Positions 35,389 through 44,767 of a DNA stretch of 49,012 nucleotides are shown one piece after another; positions within the stretch are counted from its first letter, which is position 1, and every line of letters starts with the position of its first letter. Source of the stretch: a virus; the IMG/VR virus record IMGVR_UViG_3300005832_000020, positions 1 to 49,012 of that record; one strand, written 5' to 3'. The notes beneath the pieces were generated by a model, which made no database searches, was not told the DNA's origin, and was given only the letters and a program-made list of their open reading frames with translations. A program made the translations under genes and the position numbers.

Positions 35389-38300
35389 TAATCTTCCTCG
35401 GCATAATACCATATTTCGAATATCACTTGGTGGGTTGTTTCAGTATAAGCTGTGCCAAACTCTAAATATAAAACCTTGCCGTTAGCTACTGCTGCGCCGC
35501 TGTTAATATTTGCATTCGTATCTTCAGACGAAACACCAGCAGAAGTGTCTAACACATCTATTACAGCAGCATTGGCAACCCCTATGAATGCATCAGCATA
35601 TTTAAGATCGAGATCTACTTCAGTTGTTGGATCTGCTTCAAATGAAACCTTCCACTCCGTAATAATTATACCTTCAGGGGCATCGTCACCTATTGTCATC
35701 AAAAAGAGTCTGTCCACTGCCCCATCACAAACCGTTTTTGGATCAAAGGACCACATTTTATGTTCTAGAAGTGATTTAGCGGCTTCACCCTGAATTTCTC
35801 CAGCGGAACCACCATGAAAAACTAATTGGTCATCTGTTGACTGAAGACCAATTTGGCCTTCTGCGCCAAGGGCCATATCCGAAGTACTATTCCAAATTTC
35901 AAATGTAGTTGCCCCTCCGAAATCGTGTACGCCACTCCAAGCCTGACCTGCTACTTTACCAAGCGCAGCACCCTCAATGCTCAACACACCCGAAGATGCA
36001 GTGAGTGTGTTTTCAGAGGCATGGCTTAGTTCAAGTTGAGTACTAGCTGTAATTGTAGTACCAGAGATCGTTGTATCGGCAGCAATGGTTGCCGCCGTAA
36101 GATCCCCTATGACATCCACATCATTGTCGAAATCAAACCTGTCTTCACCGTTCATGTAGGTCAACGAACCCTGATTGCCAACAGCATCAAAAGCCAAAAC
36201 CACATCAGCGTCAGTCCCTACCGCACCAAACGTTACAGCAGCAGCGTTATTGGTAAAGTTAGCTTCTGCTGTTCCAGTAATCGCAGTACCAGAGATAGTC
36301 GTATCGGCAGCTATTGTTGAGGCCGTAAAAGCTCCGTCAACATCCATTGTCGCTCCTGTAACATTAATCGAACCAGCGGCGTTGAATGTTATGACTTCGT
36401 TTCCAGTAATGCCCACAACTGCACCGTCAGCCAATAAAACATCATCTCCTACAGCTACATCACCAGTAGATGTTATCGTACCACTTGCAAGTATATCACC
36501 AGTTACGTCGAGTTCTACGGTTGGAATCGCTTTCTTTATTCCAACAAATCCATCAGGAGCAAGATTTATATCTCCTTCAGCAGCATCTACATCAACTGTA
36601 GCTATAGTAAGTGCTCCATCGTCAGCAACCGTAAATGTTGCATAGTTTGTAGCGTCATAACCCAATCTTAACTGCTCAGTTGTTAGGATATTTGAAATCT
36701 TCTTTGTTGAAGTAATTGTTAGATCATTTACAACGTCTGCATCGCCAATATCTGTTACGTCAAGTAGAATATAATTCCCCATGTCTGTATAGGTTAATGG
36801 AGAAGCCGTTTGTAAAACGCCATTACTACTTGAAGTCCCTATATACCCCGCAGCCGCATCAGAATCAACTTTAACTGTAAAAGCATCCGTCGTTCCACCG
36901 ATAGGAATAGCTGCTACGTCATTGTTTCCTACATATAAAATATTCTCGTCTGTATCCCAACACAAAGATCCCTCTGCTGTATATCCAGTGCAAGCCGTAT
37001 TCTGGGGTACTCTAAATGTTGCAGTTCCAAGCACAATGGCGTTCCCAGCCTTATCGAACTGCCAAGAATTGGTTGTATTTCCTCCAAGATACATATAGGG
37101 TTCAGTCGCAGATAAGAACTCAAGAAGTGGAGTAGCTGTAGGCCCGTCAGAGTCATAAGCTCCCAAGTACATATATTTAGTCGAAGCCGAGGCTGCATAC
37201 GCAAGATAGGCATCTGTAACCGTTATTGGCCCTGTAGTATGAGTCGGCATAGTAATCGTTAATGCAGACCAATCCTGAGTTGTGTTCAAGGCACTTGCGG
37301 GAACCGTACCTGATGAAATATTTGTTCCAGCAAGGGCAGTTATTGAAGCGCCAGCACCCACTAAATTTGTAGCCGTGACATCTCCTGTAGTAGTAATATC
37401 TATAGCATTAAAATCAAATGTTGCTATATCTGTTGATGTGCTTACTCCAATTGTATCTGCCGTTCCAAATTCAAAAGAAAATGCTTCTGTATCGGTATCA
37501 GTATTCAGAGACGTAAACGTTAATCGTTCTTCGTCTTCCCACCACTGCATAGTAAGGTTTGAAAAGTTTCCATCAAAAAGTAGGTAATAATCATTGGCGT
37601 CTACATCCATACCAATAAACATATTGCCAGAAGACGTTATACTGCCATCTAATACCACAGTTCCACCGTCTGAAGTAAATGTGTGGTCATCAACAAGGGC
37701 AGAGCCATAGTCCATATCATCATCTGTTCCAATATCTAATAATGGAGTAGCTACAGAAGTCGTTGCTGTAATAACACCAGTTGATGTAATTGCCCCACAA
37801 TCAGTAGTTGTTATATCTGCGCAGGTTACATCTGCAAAATCTATTGAATCATCGTCTATCGTATCGTCAGTTATTTGTTCTCCGTCAAGTGCAGTTAAAT
37901 TAGCACCACCACCATAAAATTCAGTTGATGTAATTGAAGTGGCACCAGCCACAACACCTGCGTCTATTGTAATGGTTCCATCAAGTGTGATAGTCTGATC
38001 TGTATACGGAGTAATCGCAAGAGTAGAAGCACCAGCAGAAGAAATAGTGTTCCCGTTAATTGTTATATCATCAACAGTTAAGGTTGTAAGTGTCCCAACA
38101 GAGGTAATTGCTGATTGTGCAGTACCCGTCACAGTTGCTGCCGTTGTTGCTTCTCCTGTTAAAGCTCCTTCAAACGTAGTAGAGAACAAGGTTTCACTAA
38201 ACGGATTGTAGTACAAATTCGGAGAAGATTCTATAGCTACGTTACCACCATCTGCATCTGCATCAGCTACGAAAGTTAAAACGTTGTTTTCGGGAGTGTC

Positions 38301-40631
38301 GGGGTTGTTACCTACTGCAAGTTGAGTTGCAACGGCAACCGAACCAGCAATGGAACAATGCCACTGGTCATCTACTGTAGAATAAATACATGAAAGTAAA
38401 TCACCGCTTTGTGCAGTATAGTTTACACCACCCCCTTCTAACCCCTCACCCTCAAAAACAAATGTAGTGTAATCATCGTTTACGATTACAAACAGAAGTT
38501 GTCCGTTTAGTGGTGATCCATCAAAGTCAGTTATAACACCAGGATCTCCTGATGTATTTTGTGTTATATGAATCATACCACCAGATACATCAGGGGTAGA
38601 ATCTCCTGCTGTAATCAAATTCGGAGCATCGTACAATAATGGAACAGCAGCAGTGGTATCGTCTAAAACACTTGTAATTGTTCCACCCGCAGCAAGTTCG
38701 TCGAGAGTTTCCAAAGCAGCTTGAAGAGTTGTGTCTCCTGCTCCCAAGTGACCGTCGAAATTGGTTACATCAGTTGGAACATCTACTGCCGCAACCTGTC
38801 CAGCACCTGCACCCCAATCTATGTGGGTGTCTTTAATAAGATCTGTAGCGGTTATCGCTGTAGTAAAAGTTGGGCTGTCTATTGTTGGGGCTTGATTAAA
38901 TACCGCTAATGGAGAACCAGTTGCAGAACCCGTTTCATTACTCAAGACTCCGTAGAGTTGAGCAGAAGTTGTTGCAGCAAAAACACTCAGGTTATCATTA
39001 ACATTAGGAACAGCCACTCCACTCTCAGTCACCACAGTTGGATTCAAGGTTCCTGTGATCCCCAAAATTGTAGTATCGTCTGCAACTGGCCCAACCACTA
39101 CACTATGAGTGTTCCCAGCATCGTAAAAAGTTTGAGTTCCTGCATGGTGAACAACAATATCTCCCTTATCGCCAGTATTCCCAGCATTTATAACACCTGT
39201 TGTAATAGTGTTACCAGCAGAACTAGCCGAAGCAAAATTTATAGTCCCTACAGCAGAATATCCATTAGCCGCTGTGATAGTATCATGATTAGAATTCCAC
39301 GTGTCTCCTGCTGCTACATAGGCAGAGTATGCCGTACCAGAACTTGTAATAATAAAGGTATTTGCTATAGTTACTACCGTAGCGTTATTACCCGTACTAT
39401 CTAACCGCACGCCTGTTGTAGCAAAACTTGAAGAAGCTTGACTTGCTACAATAAACCTGTTCCTACCAATAGTAGCAGATGTCGCAGTTCCGTACAACCA
39501 AAGACCTGTAGCAGATCCACTTCCAGTTGTAGAAACTTCTATAATATTATCATTTATTATAAAACTTCCTGTACCACCACTAACGGTTTCAAAGCCGACA
39601 ACTTCATCATTAGTATCATTACAAGTTACATAAATTTCGTTGTTAAATAAAAGTAAACTGGCCGTTCCTTCATGAGACACAGCTGATTGCGTTCTTGCAG
39701 TTTCTGTCGTACCTCCAGTAATTGAATAAATTATACGAGTTTGATAAACCCTCATAGATCCGCCAGTAACATTTAAAGCTTTCATTAAATAGTCACCAGC
39801 ACTTTTTGTTATTGTAATATTACATGTTATTATAGCACTATCACTTCCACTTGACACTATAGCATTTGAATTAGCCCCCAAGGTTCCATAATTTACAACT
39901 ATACCAATATCTTGTATAGTACCTTTTGCAGACGGAAACGTAACCGCAGTTCCTGAAGTTGGAGTAATTCTTGTGGTAGTTCTACCACTACCCAATATAT
40001 CCACATAGTTCTTCATCACTACGTTTTCAGCATAGTCACCAGGAGCTACTTTTATAAGATACCTTTTTGAAGTCGTAGCATCCGTGATTGCGGCCAAAGC
40101 TCCTGAAATCGAAGTGTAATCAGCACCTGACTTCGCTACTGTTACCTCTTGGGCGTAGGGCTTCCTAACCCCCGTTAAATTGGCACCAGAGCCTGTCGGC
40201 GCTAAAACATCAGTCCCAATAACCAATCCAAGGGTAGTCCTTTGAGCAGCAGCGTTGGCATCGTCTAAAATAGCCTCTCCCGCAGCTGTAACCGTAACTG
40301 CTGAGGTGGCTCCGCTTGAAATTTTTACAAGACCATTATAATCCTTAACATTAGCCTCTAAGCCGCCAACCTCATGATCCAGAAAATCATTATCAATAGC
40401 ATCTCCATTGATTGCATCGGGATCTATATTAGCAGTAAAGGCTTTAGGAAGGTTCAGTAAAGTTACCTTCCTGGTCCCAGGAGAAACACTAGGATTATTG
40501 GTAGTTCCAACAATATCATCACTAGTTGGATCAGTATCTGGCGTAAACCCAGAAGGTGCAGTAGCCTGTGACCAAGAAACACCCGAAAAAAGAAACAAAA
40601 TAGCTAACGTTAAAAATAAAACCTTTTTCAT
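35388..40631 (-). CDS. Giant fibre/adhesin-like protein (1747 aa) with an N-terminal signal peptide
   Basis: gggagaat precedes ATG 40631. The N-terminus is MKKVLFLTLAILFLFSGVSWSQA|TAPS. The fibre-type motif AGEAILDDANAAAQRTTLGL is present. The composition is T/G/A/S/D/N-rich, with internal repeats such as TIAADTTISGT twice. Confidence 0.55.
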   Translation of the reverse strand: MKKVLFLTLAILFLFSGVSWSQATAPSGFTPDTDPTSDDIVGTTNNPSVSPGTRKVTLLNLPKAFTANIDPDAINGDAIDNDFLDHEVGGLEANVKDYNGLVKISSGATSAVTVTAAGEAILDDANAAAQRTTLGLVIGTDVLAPTGSGANLTGVRKPYAQEVTVAKSGADYTSISGALAAITDATTSKRYLIKVAPGDYAENVVMKNYVDILGSGRTTTRITPTSGTAVTFPSAKGTIQDIGIVVNYGTLGANSNAIVSSGSDSAIITCNITITKSAGDYLMKALNVTGGSMRVYQTRIIYSITGGTTETARTQSAVSHEGTASLLLFNNEIYVTCNDTNDEVVGFETVSGGTGSFIINDNIIEVSTTGSGSATGLWLYGTATSATIGRNRFIVASQASSSFATTGVRLDSTGNNATVVTIANTFIITSSGTAYSAYVAAGDTWNSNHDTITAANGYSAVGTINFASASSAGNTITTGVINAGNTGDKGDIVVHHAGTQTFYDAGNTHSVVVGPVADDTTILGITGTLNPTVVTESGVAVPNVNDNLSVFAATTSAQLYGVLSNETGSATGSPLAVFNQAPTIDSPTFTTAITATDLIKDTHIDWGAGAGQVAAVDVPTDVTNFDGHLGAGDTTLQAALETLDELAAGGTITSVLDDTTAAVPLLYDAPNLITAGDSTPDVSGGMIHITQNTSGDPGVITDFDGSPLNGQLLFVIVNDDYTTFVFEGEGLEGGGVNYTAQSGDLLSCIYSTVDDQWHCSIAGSVAVATQLAVGNNPDTPENNVLTFVADADADGGNVAIESSPNLYYNPFSETLFSTTFEGALTGEATTAATVTGTAQSAITSVGTLTTLTVDDITINGNTISSAGASTLAITPYTDQTITLDGTITIDAGVVAGATSITSTEFYGGGANLTALDGEQITDDTIDDDSIDFADVTCADITTTDCGAITSTGVITATTSVATPLLDIGTDDDMDYGSALVDDHTFTSDGGTVVLDGSITSSGNMFIGMDVDANDYYLLFDGNFSNLTMQWWEDEERLTFTSLNTDTDTEAFSFEFGTADTIGVSTSTDIATFDFNAIDITTTGDVTATNLVGAGASITALAGTNISSGTVPASALNTTQDWSALTITMPTHTTGPITVTDAYLAYAASASTKYMYLGAYDSDGPTATPLLEFLSATEPYMYLGGNTTNSWQFDKAGNAIVLGTATFRVPQNTACTGYTAEGSLCWDTDENILYVGNNDVAAIPIGGTTDAFTVKVDSDAAAGYIGTSSSNGVLQTASPLTYTDMGNYILLDVTDIGDADVVNDLTITSTKKISNILTTEQLRLGYDATNYATFTVADDGALTIATVDVDAAEGDINLAPDGFVGIKKAIPTVELDVTGDILASGTITSTGDVAVGDDVLLADGAVVGITGNEVITFNAAGSINVTGATMDVDGAFTASTIAADTTISGTAITGTAEANFTNNAAAVTFGAVGTDADVVLAFDAVGNQGSLTYMNGEDRFDFDNDVDVIGDLTAATIAADTTISGTTITASTQLELSHASENTLTASSGVLSIEGAALGKVAGQAWSGVHDFGGATTFEIWNSTSDMALGAEGQIGLQSTDDQLVFHGGSAGEIQGEAAKSLLEHKMWSFDPKTVCDGAVDRLFLMTIGDDAPEGIIITEWKVSFEADPTTEVDLDLKYADAFIGVANAAVIDVLDTSAGVSSEDTNANINSGAAVANGKVLYLEFGTAYTETTHQVIFEIWYYAEED

Positions 40632-40639
40632 ATTCTCCC

Positions 40640-40843
40640 TCATTCTGTTAACCAACAATCTGCGGTTCCCTCTATAAGCCAACAATCTGCGGTACCTTCC
40701 AATAACCAGGTATCTCCGGATGGAGTTGCCACTCCTTTACCAGTTGAACCTACACCAAAAAGTAAAAATTCATCTTTACTTGCCCAAGAGTAAACAGCCA
40801 TTCCCAAGGCTAATAATATTACAAGACTGATAATCTTTTTCAT
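40640..40843 (-). CDS. Small secreted peptide (67 aa) ending in the tandem nonapeptide EGTADCWL(I/T)
   Basis: The N-terminus is MKKIISLVILLALGMAVYSWA|SKDE. The C-terminal LLEGTADCWLIEGTADCWLTE is encoded by a 27-bp tandem repeat. Confidence 0.45.
   Translation of the reverse strand: MKKIISLVILLALGMAVYSWASKDEFLLFGVGSTGKGVATPSGDTWLLEGTADCWLIEGTADCWLTE
40652..40693. repeat. 27-bp-period tandem repeat (2 units; core ccaacaatctgcggt at 40652-40666 and 40679-40693)
   Basis: Read directly. It lies in frame within 40640-40843. Confidence 0.85.
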
Positions 40844-40844
40844 C

Positions 40845-43800
40845 TTAGTACCATGATAATCCCGTTCCAGTTGATGGTGAAACCCCCGTTCCGGTTGCTA
40901 TTGACCCAGAGGTTTTACTTGCAATTTGAATTGCAATAGATCCTAAATCAACTCCAACCGGAGTTAAATCCGTGTCTATATCATTTCCAGCAGCATCTTG
41001 GATCACAACTCCGTTTAAAGAAAAAGCAGACACAGACGCAGCCTGAAGATCTGAAGTCGCCATATTCTCCGCTGTAATTAATTGGAAGCAAATAGAGGTT
41101 CCAGAAACAGACGATCCGTAAGCATTCACATTCCCAGTTACTGCCCCCGTATTTACAAGCAACGTCATTGTCGGCGCACTACCAGATATAATAGATACAG
41201 GTTCATCATAAGTAATACATATAGGGATTTCTGCATAAACCGTGCTAAAGTTACCGGTATTCGATCCAGACCACGACGAAGCCACGGGCGATGTTGTGTC
41301 CGTAGCAATGTTGAACACTTCCATTTTCGTGATTGCGGTGTAATAATTGGAATCAGAATAGCCACCCGGCAACGTAGTTGTTAGCGTATTGTCTACAGCA
41401 GTAGAATCTTTTATCCACGCTATCTGTGAACCGTAATTGCCGTTTCTTAGATTGGTATTGCTATTCCACCAGCCATGAACCAAGTACGTCTTTGTTTCAT
41501 CTATTGTGTAAATGATTTCATCCGTAACAGTTGTTTGATTAGCTGTCACAGTGGTCCCGTTACTTCCACTATCAAACGTAATTCTTGTTGGGGTGGTAGT
41601 ACAAGTACTGGTAGCACTTTGTTCACAGATAGACATTCCACTTATCACCATGTTAGCTGTAAGTGGGGCTTGAAGCGTAAACCTTACCTTAGTACCTGAT
41701 GTAGTTATTGCAGCAGCGGGCAAGATCATCCTCTTGTTTCTATCTGCAACATTAATCGGTTCAACACTTGAGGTTAATGCTATACCCGTCCAACTTTCTG
41801 ACCAACCACCCCCGCCTGCCGTTACGGTAATTTCAACCGGCCCATCTTGGCATTGACCACCATCGTTATCTGTAACCGTTAGGGTTACATTAAACACACC
41901 CACTGTAGCCATTGTTACAGAAGCATTATCTTCATTTGTCAGATTAGACCCACCCCCGTCCAAATCCCAAAGGTAACTTGCAATGGTTCCATCTGAATCT
42001 GCCGCAGTAGAATTAAAATCAAGCGTATCGTTTTGGGAAATAGTTTGTGCTGTAGGAGAATCTATCGAACAAGTAGGCAGTTCATTAGGAGGATTGACTT
42101 GGACCTCAAGTCTATCTAACAACACAATATTAGACGACCTTGTGTAACCCGTTGGAGTAGTATATAAAGACTCATCGTTTAGAGTAGCAGCAGACTTATA
42201 AATACTTGAATTTGCAGCAGATGTAAGCCTTCTGATATATGCTGGCCCATCGTTGAACCACAGGTGGACCAGATAGTCTTTGGTTTCATCTATCGCAAAT
42301 TCTAACGAATCAGAATACTGAGAAGCTGATGTTGATAAAGTAACCTGTGATAATCCTCCAAATTTAACTTCCGTTGGAGTAGTTGTGCAATTCCAGTAAG
42401 AATCAACCAAAGGGTCTGCTGAAGTTGTTGCCCTTTCGCAAATCGAAACGTGATCTATGACAGATGCATTTCCGGTGTTCCCAGTAAACCTTAACCTACA
42501 GGAATCTCCGCTAATAGAAATATCCGCAGCTTTTAAAACCATTCTTCTATTATGATCAGCAGTAGCATTGGAAATATCTGTATCCAATGCAACAGACCAT
42601 GAAGTTTGCCAGTTTGTTGTAGTTCCTGTTTCGTCTAAAAACGCTCCTATTTCAGGCGGATCGCTTTTTGTCCCAGTAACTACCGCACTGGGCCATACCG
42701 ATGAGTTTTTAAGATCAACCGTATACCCACCAATAGCGACACCCGCTCCAATCAATGGGGATTCTGCATTCCCAGGCCATAATTGGAAATCAGCGGTGCT
42801 GTTATATTGAGGATCTGCTGTAAGAGAGTTTGTAGAACCAGACCACGAACCAAACGTTGCCGTAGTATATGTAGTTCCTGTCCAATAAACCCTATTGGCC
42901 GTAGCTGAATTGTAAAGAAGGTTGTTGCTGTATGTTCCAGAACCTACACTATCGTAAATTGTATAACCAGTTGCCTTTGTTAGATAAATCGAATTATTTT
43001 TAACTTCAAATCCAGTAGAACCAGCTAATCTATATATTCCGTATGTTACATTGCCAGTTGTATCTAAAATAGAATTATTATAAATTAACGTTCCAGAACT
43101 TCCAGTACTATCATAAATATTTATAAAACCAGGATAAGTAGGCGCGCCACCACAATCTTTACCTATATTATTATAAAACTCTGCGTCTACAGTATAAGTT
43201 CCTGCTCTAAACATACTTCTAACTTGGTAGAATTTATTTCTATACGTTTTTACTCTAGCTGTTCCGTATGTATTAATCCTACCAAGCCTAACACCAACCT
43301 CAAGCCCCAATCCATAGAAATAGTTATCATAAACATTTATATCAGTTGATGTATATCCATTACCCCCATTAATACCAATCCCATAGTGACGCCCAGAAGA
43401 CCCTCCCTCTCCGTATCCTTCATCCATGTGAATCGTATTGTCATAAACATTTACATTGGAAGAATGTTTAATATCTATACTTTGTTCACCAGCATTCCCA
43501 AGGTCGTTATTATAAATACTTAAATCAGAAGTAGAATCTTCTGTTTGAATACAATCTCCATTAACGTTATTAATTGTATTGTCATGGATGAGGTAGCTTA
43601 CCGTTGCGCCCCTTCCAGTTCCAGTAAAAATTCCTATGTTATCAATACCATTAAGTGTGGGCGTTGTGCTCACACCCAAATTGCTAATCGTGCAGTTCTT
43701 GATCTCCACTTCACCAGTTACAGATTGACCAATTACAATACCATTATGGCCTTCATACTGTGCACCTTGCCCTGATAACTCCCCATCAATATCAACCCCA

Positions 43801-44267
43801 TCTATCATGGGAGATATTTGAGATCCTCCGATATAAACCAACATGGACTTTGAAACAGCAAACTCCTGGCCCACACAAGAAATATCTTTAAGAAGAAGAT
43901 CTTCAAAATCCTGTGTAATGTAAATGCATCTATTTGTATCTCCGTCTAATTCTGGTTTGCCATCTATTGTAACATCTTTAGCATCGAATGAATCCGCTGT
44001 AACACTACCCCTAACAGTTAAATTTGTTACTCCGTCCGATGTTCCACCGAGAGTTAATGTAGCATCATTAAATGAATCCCCTGCTCTTATAATAACTATA
44101 TCACTATTCCCAAAAGAATATGAGTTTATTTTCCCAATAGTTTCCCATGCTGTGGCAGGGGATGTACCAGCCGCTGCGTCAGATCCACCGTTCTTAACAT
44201 AATACGTTGCTGCAAAAGACGGAGAAGCACAGGTTAAAATAAAAAATATTAGGAGATATTTTTTCAT
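40845..44267 (-). CDS. Secreted parallel beta-helix protein (1140 aa) with a PKD domain and a C-terminal Ig-like module; candidate depolymerase or tailspike
   Basis: The N-terminus is MKKYLLIFFILTCASPSFA|ATYYVKNGGSDAAAGTS. PbH1 repeats IHDNTINN, IYNNDLGN, VYDNTIH, VYDNYFYG, FYNNIGKD, IYNNSILD and VKNNSIYL. PKD motif DSDGTIASYLWDLDGGG...VFNVTLTVTDNDGG. Confidence 0.6.
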   Translation of the reverse strand: MKKYLLIFFILTCASPSFAATYYVKNGGSDAAAGTSPATAWETIGKINSYSFGNSDIVIIRAGDSFNDATLTLGGTSDGVTNLTVRGSVTADSFDAKDVTIDGKPELDGDTNRCIYITQDFEDLLLKDISCVGQEFAVSKSMLVYIGGSQISPMIDGVDIDGELSGQGAQYEGHNGIVIGQSVTGEVEIKNCTISNLGVSTTPTLNGIDNIGIFTGTGRGATVSYLIHDNTINNVNGDCIQTEDSTSDLSIYNNDLGNAGEQSIDIKHSSNVNVYDNTIHMDEGYGEGGSSGRHYGIGINGGNGYTSTDINVYDNYFYGLGLEVGVRLGRINTYGTARVKTYRNKFYQVRSMFRAGTYTVDAEFYNNIGKDCGGAPTYPGFINIYDSTGSSGTLIYNNSILDTTGNVTYGIYRLAGSTGFEVKNNSIYLTKATGYTIYDSVGSGTYSNNLLYNSATANRVYWTGTTYTTATFGSWSGSTNSLTADPQYNSTADFQLWPGNAESPLIGAGVAIGGYTVDLKNSSVWPSAVVTGTKSDPPEIGAFLDETGTTTNWQTSWSVALDTDISNATADHNRRMVLKAADISISGDSCRLRFTGNTGNASVIDHVSICERATTSADPLVDSYWNCTTTPTEVKFGGLSQVTLSTSASQYSDSLEFAIDETKDYLVHLWFNDGPAYIRRLTSAANSSIYKSAATLNDESLYTTPTGYTRSSNIVLLDRLEVQVNPPNELPTCSIDSPTAQTISQNDTLDFNSTAADSDGTIASYLWDLDGGGSNLTNEDNASVTMATVGVFNVTLTVTDNDGGQCQDGPVEITVTAGGGGWSESWTGIALTSSVEPINVADRNKRMILPAAAITTSGTKVRFTLQAPLTANMVISGMSICEQSATSTCTTTPTRITFDSGSNGTTVTANQTTVTDEIIYTIDETKTYLVHGWWNSNTNLRNGNYGSQIAWIKDSTAVDNTLTTTLPGGYSDSNYYTAITKMEVFNIATDTTSPVASSWSGSNTGNFSTVYAEIPICITYDEPVSIISGSAPTMTLLVNTGAVTGNVNAYGSSVSGTSICFQLITAENMATSDLQAASVSAFSLNGVVIQDAAGNDIDTDLTPVGVDLGSIAIQIASKTSGSIATGTGVSPSTGTGLSWY

Positions 44268-44269
44268 AT

Positions 44270-44304
44270 ACCTAAACCGTTACACGTCATGAAGCGATTG
44301 AGAT
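44270..44304 (+). repeat. 35-bp quasi-palindrome family, copy 6 (acctaaaccgttacacgtcatgaagcgattgagat)
   Basis: Intergenic, between 44312-44767 and ATG 44267. Confidence 0.7.
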
Positions 44305-44311
44305 CTTTTTA

Positions 44312-44767
44312 CTACCTCGGAGTAATAACCCAAATCTTTATCTGGAGTTCTGCACTATGAACGTCTTGGTTGGCTATTGCCAAGACCAAAGGTCCATCTA
44401 CACCAATGGGACCGGTTTCAGATGCAAGTGTATCATAAGCAGAAACGCGTTCAGTAGCTGTGGCACTGCGATCGTCGAGAGCAGTAGTGCCAAAAATTTC
44501 CACCCCTTTGTAAGTCAATGTGATATCATAAGCTGCGGTTGGAGCAACAGTACCAGGATCGGTCATTATCTCCCTAACAAAACCGACAATATCTTGAGTT
44601 GTGAAGGTGTTATACGTCCCGGCGGCTGAGTCGAAGACAATATCCAAGGTTAAAACACAAAACCCACCATAGCAACTGTATCGTTGAGTTGTCTCAGATG
44701 CCGAAAACGCCTGTGTAGTCCCCAAAAGCAAAACCAGCGAACAAACTAAGCCTTTAAAAAGCTTCAT
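44312..44767 (-). CDS. Secreted hypothetical protein (151 aa)
   Basis: gggagga lies 8 nt upstream of ATG 44767. The N-terminus is MKLFKGLVCSLVLLLGTTQAFSA|SE. The ORF overlaps the TerL stop by 14 nt. Confidence 0.55.
   Translation of the reverse strand: MKLFKGLVCSLVLLLGTTQAFSASETTQRYSCYGGFCVLTLDIVFDSAAGTYNTFTTQDIVGFVREIMTDPGTVAPTAAYDITLTYKGVEIFGTTALDDRSATATERVSAYDTLASETGPIGVDGPLVLAIANQDVHSAELQIKIWVITPR

Noticed and set aside
36175-39404. Long + strand ORFs inside the giant - strand gene (36036-36320, 36175-36645, 37282-37587, 38958-39404, 39438-39650)
   Set aside because: These are antisense shadow ORFs of a repetitive, compositionally biased gene. Their translations are low-complexity (S/T/A/V or C/S/R-rich) and they have no RBS.
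35388-44267. Diversity-generating retroelement targeting the fibre-like or beta-helix genes
   Set aside because: Internal repeats exist, but I found no reverse-transcriptase ORF and no template/variable repeat pair with adenine-specific differences.
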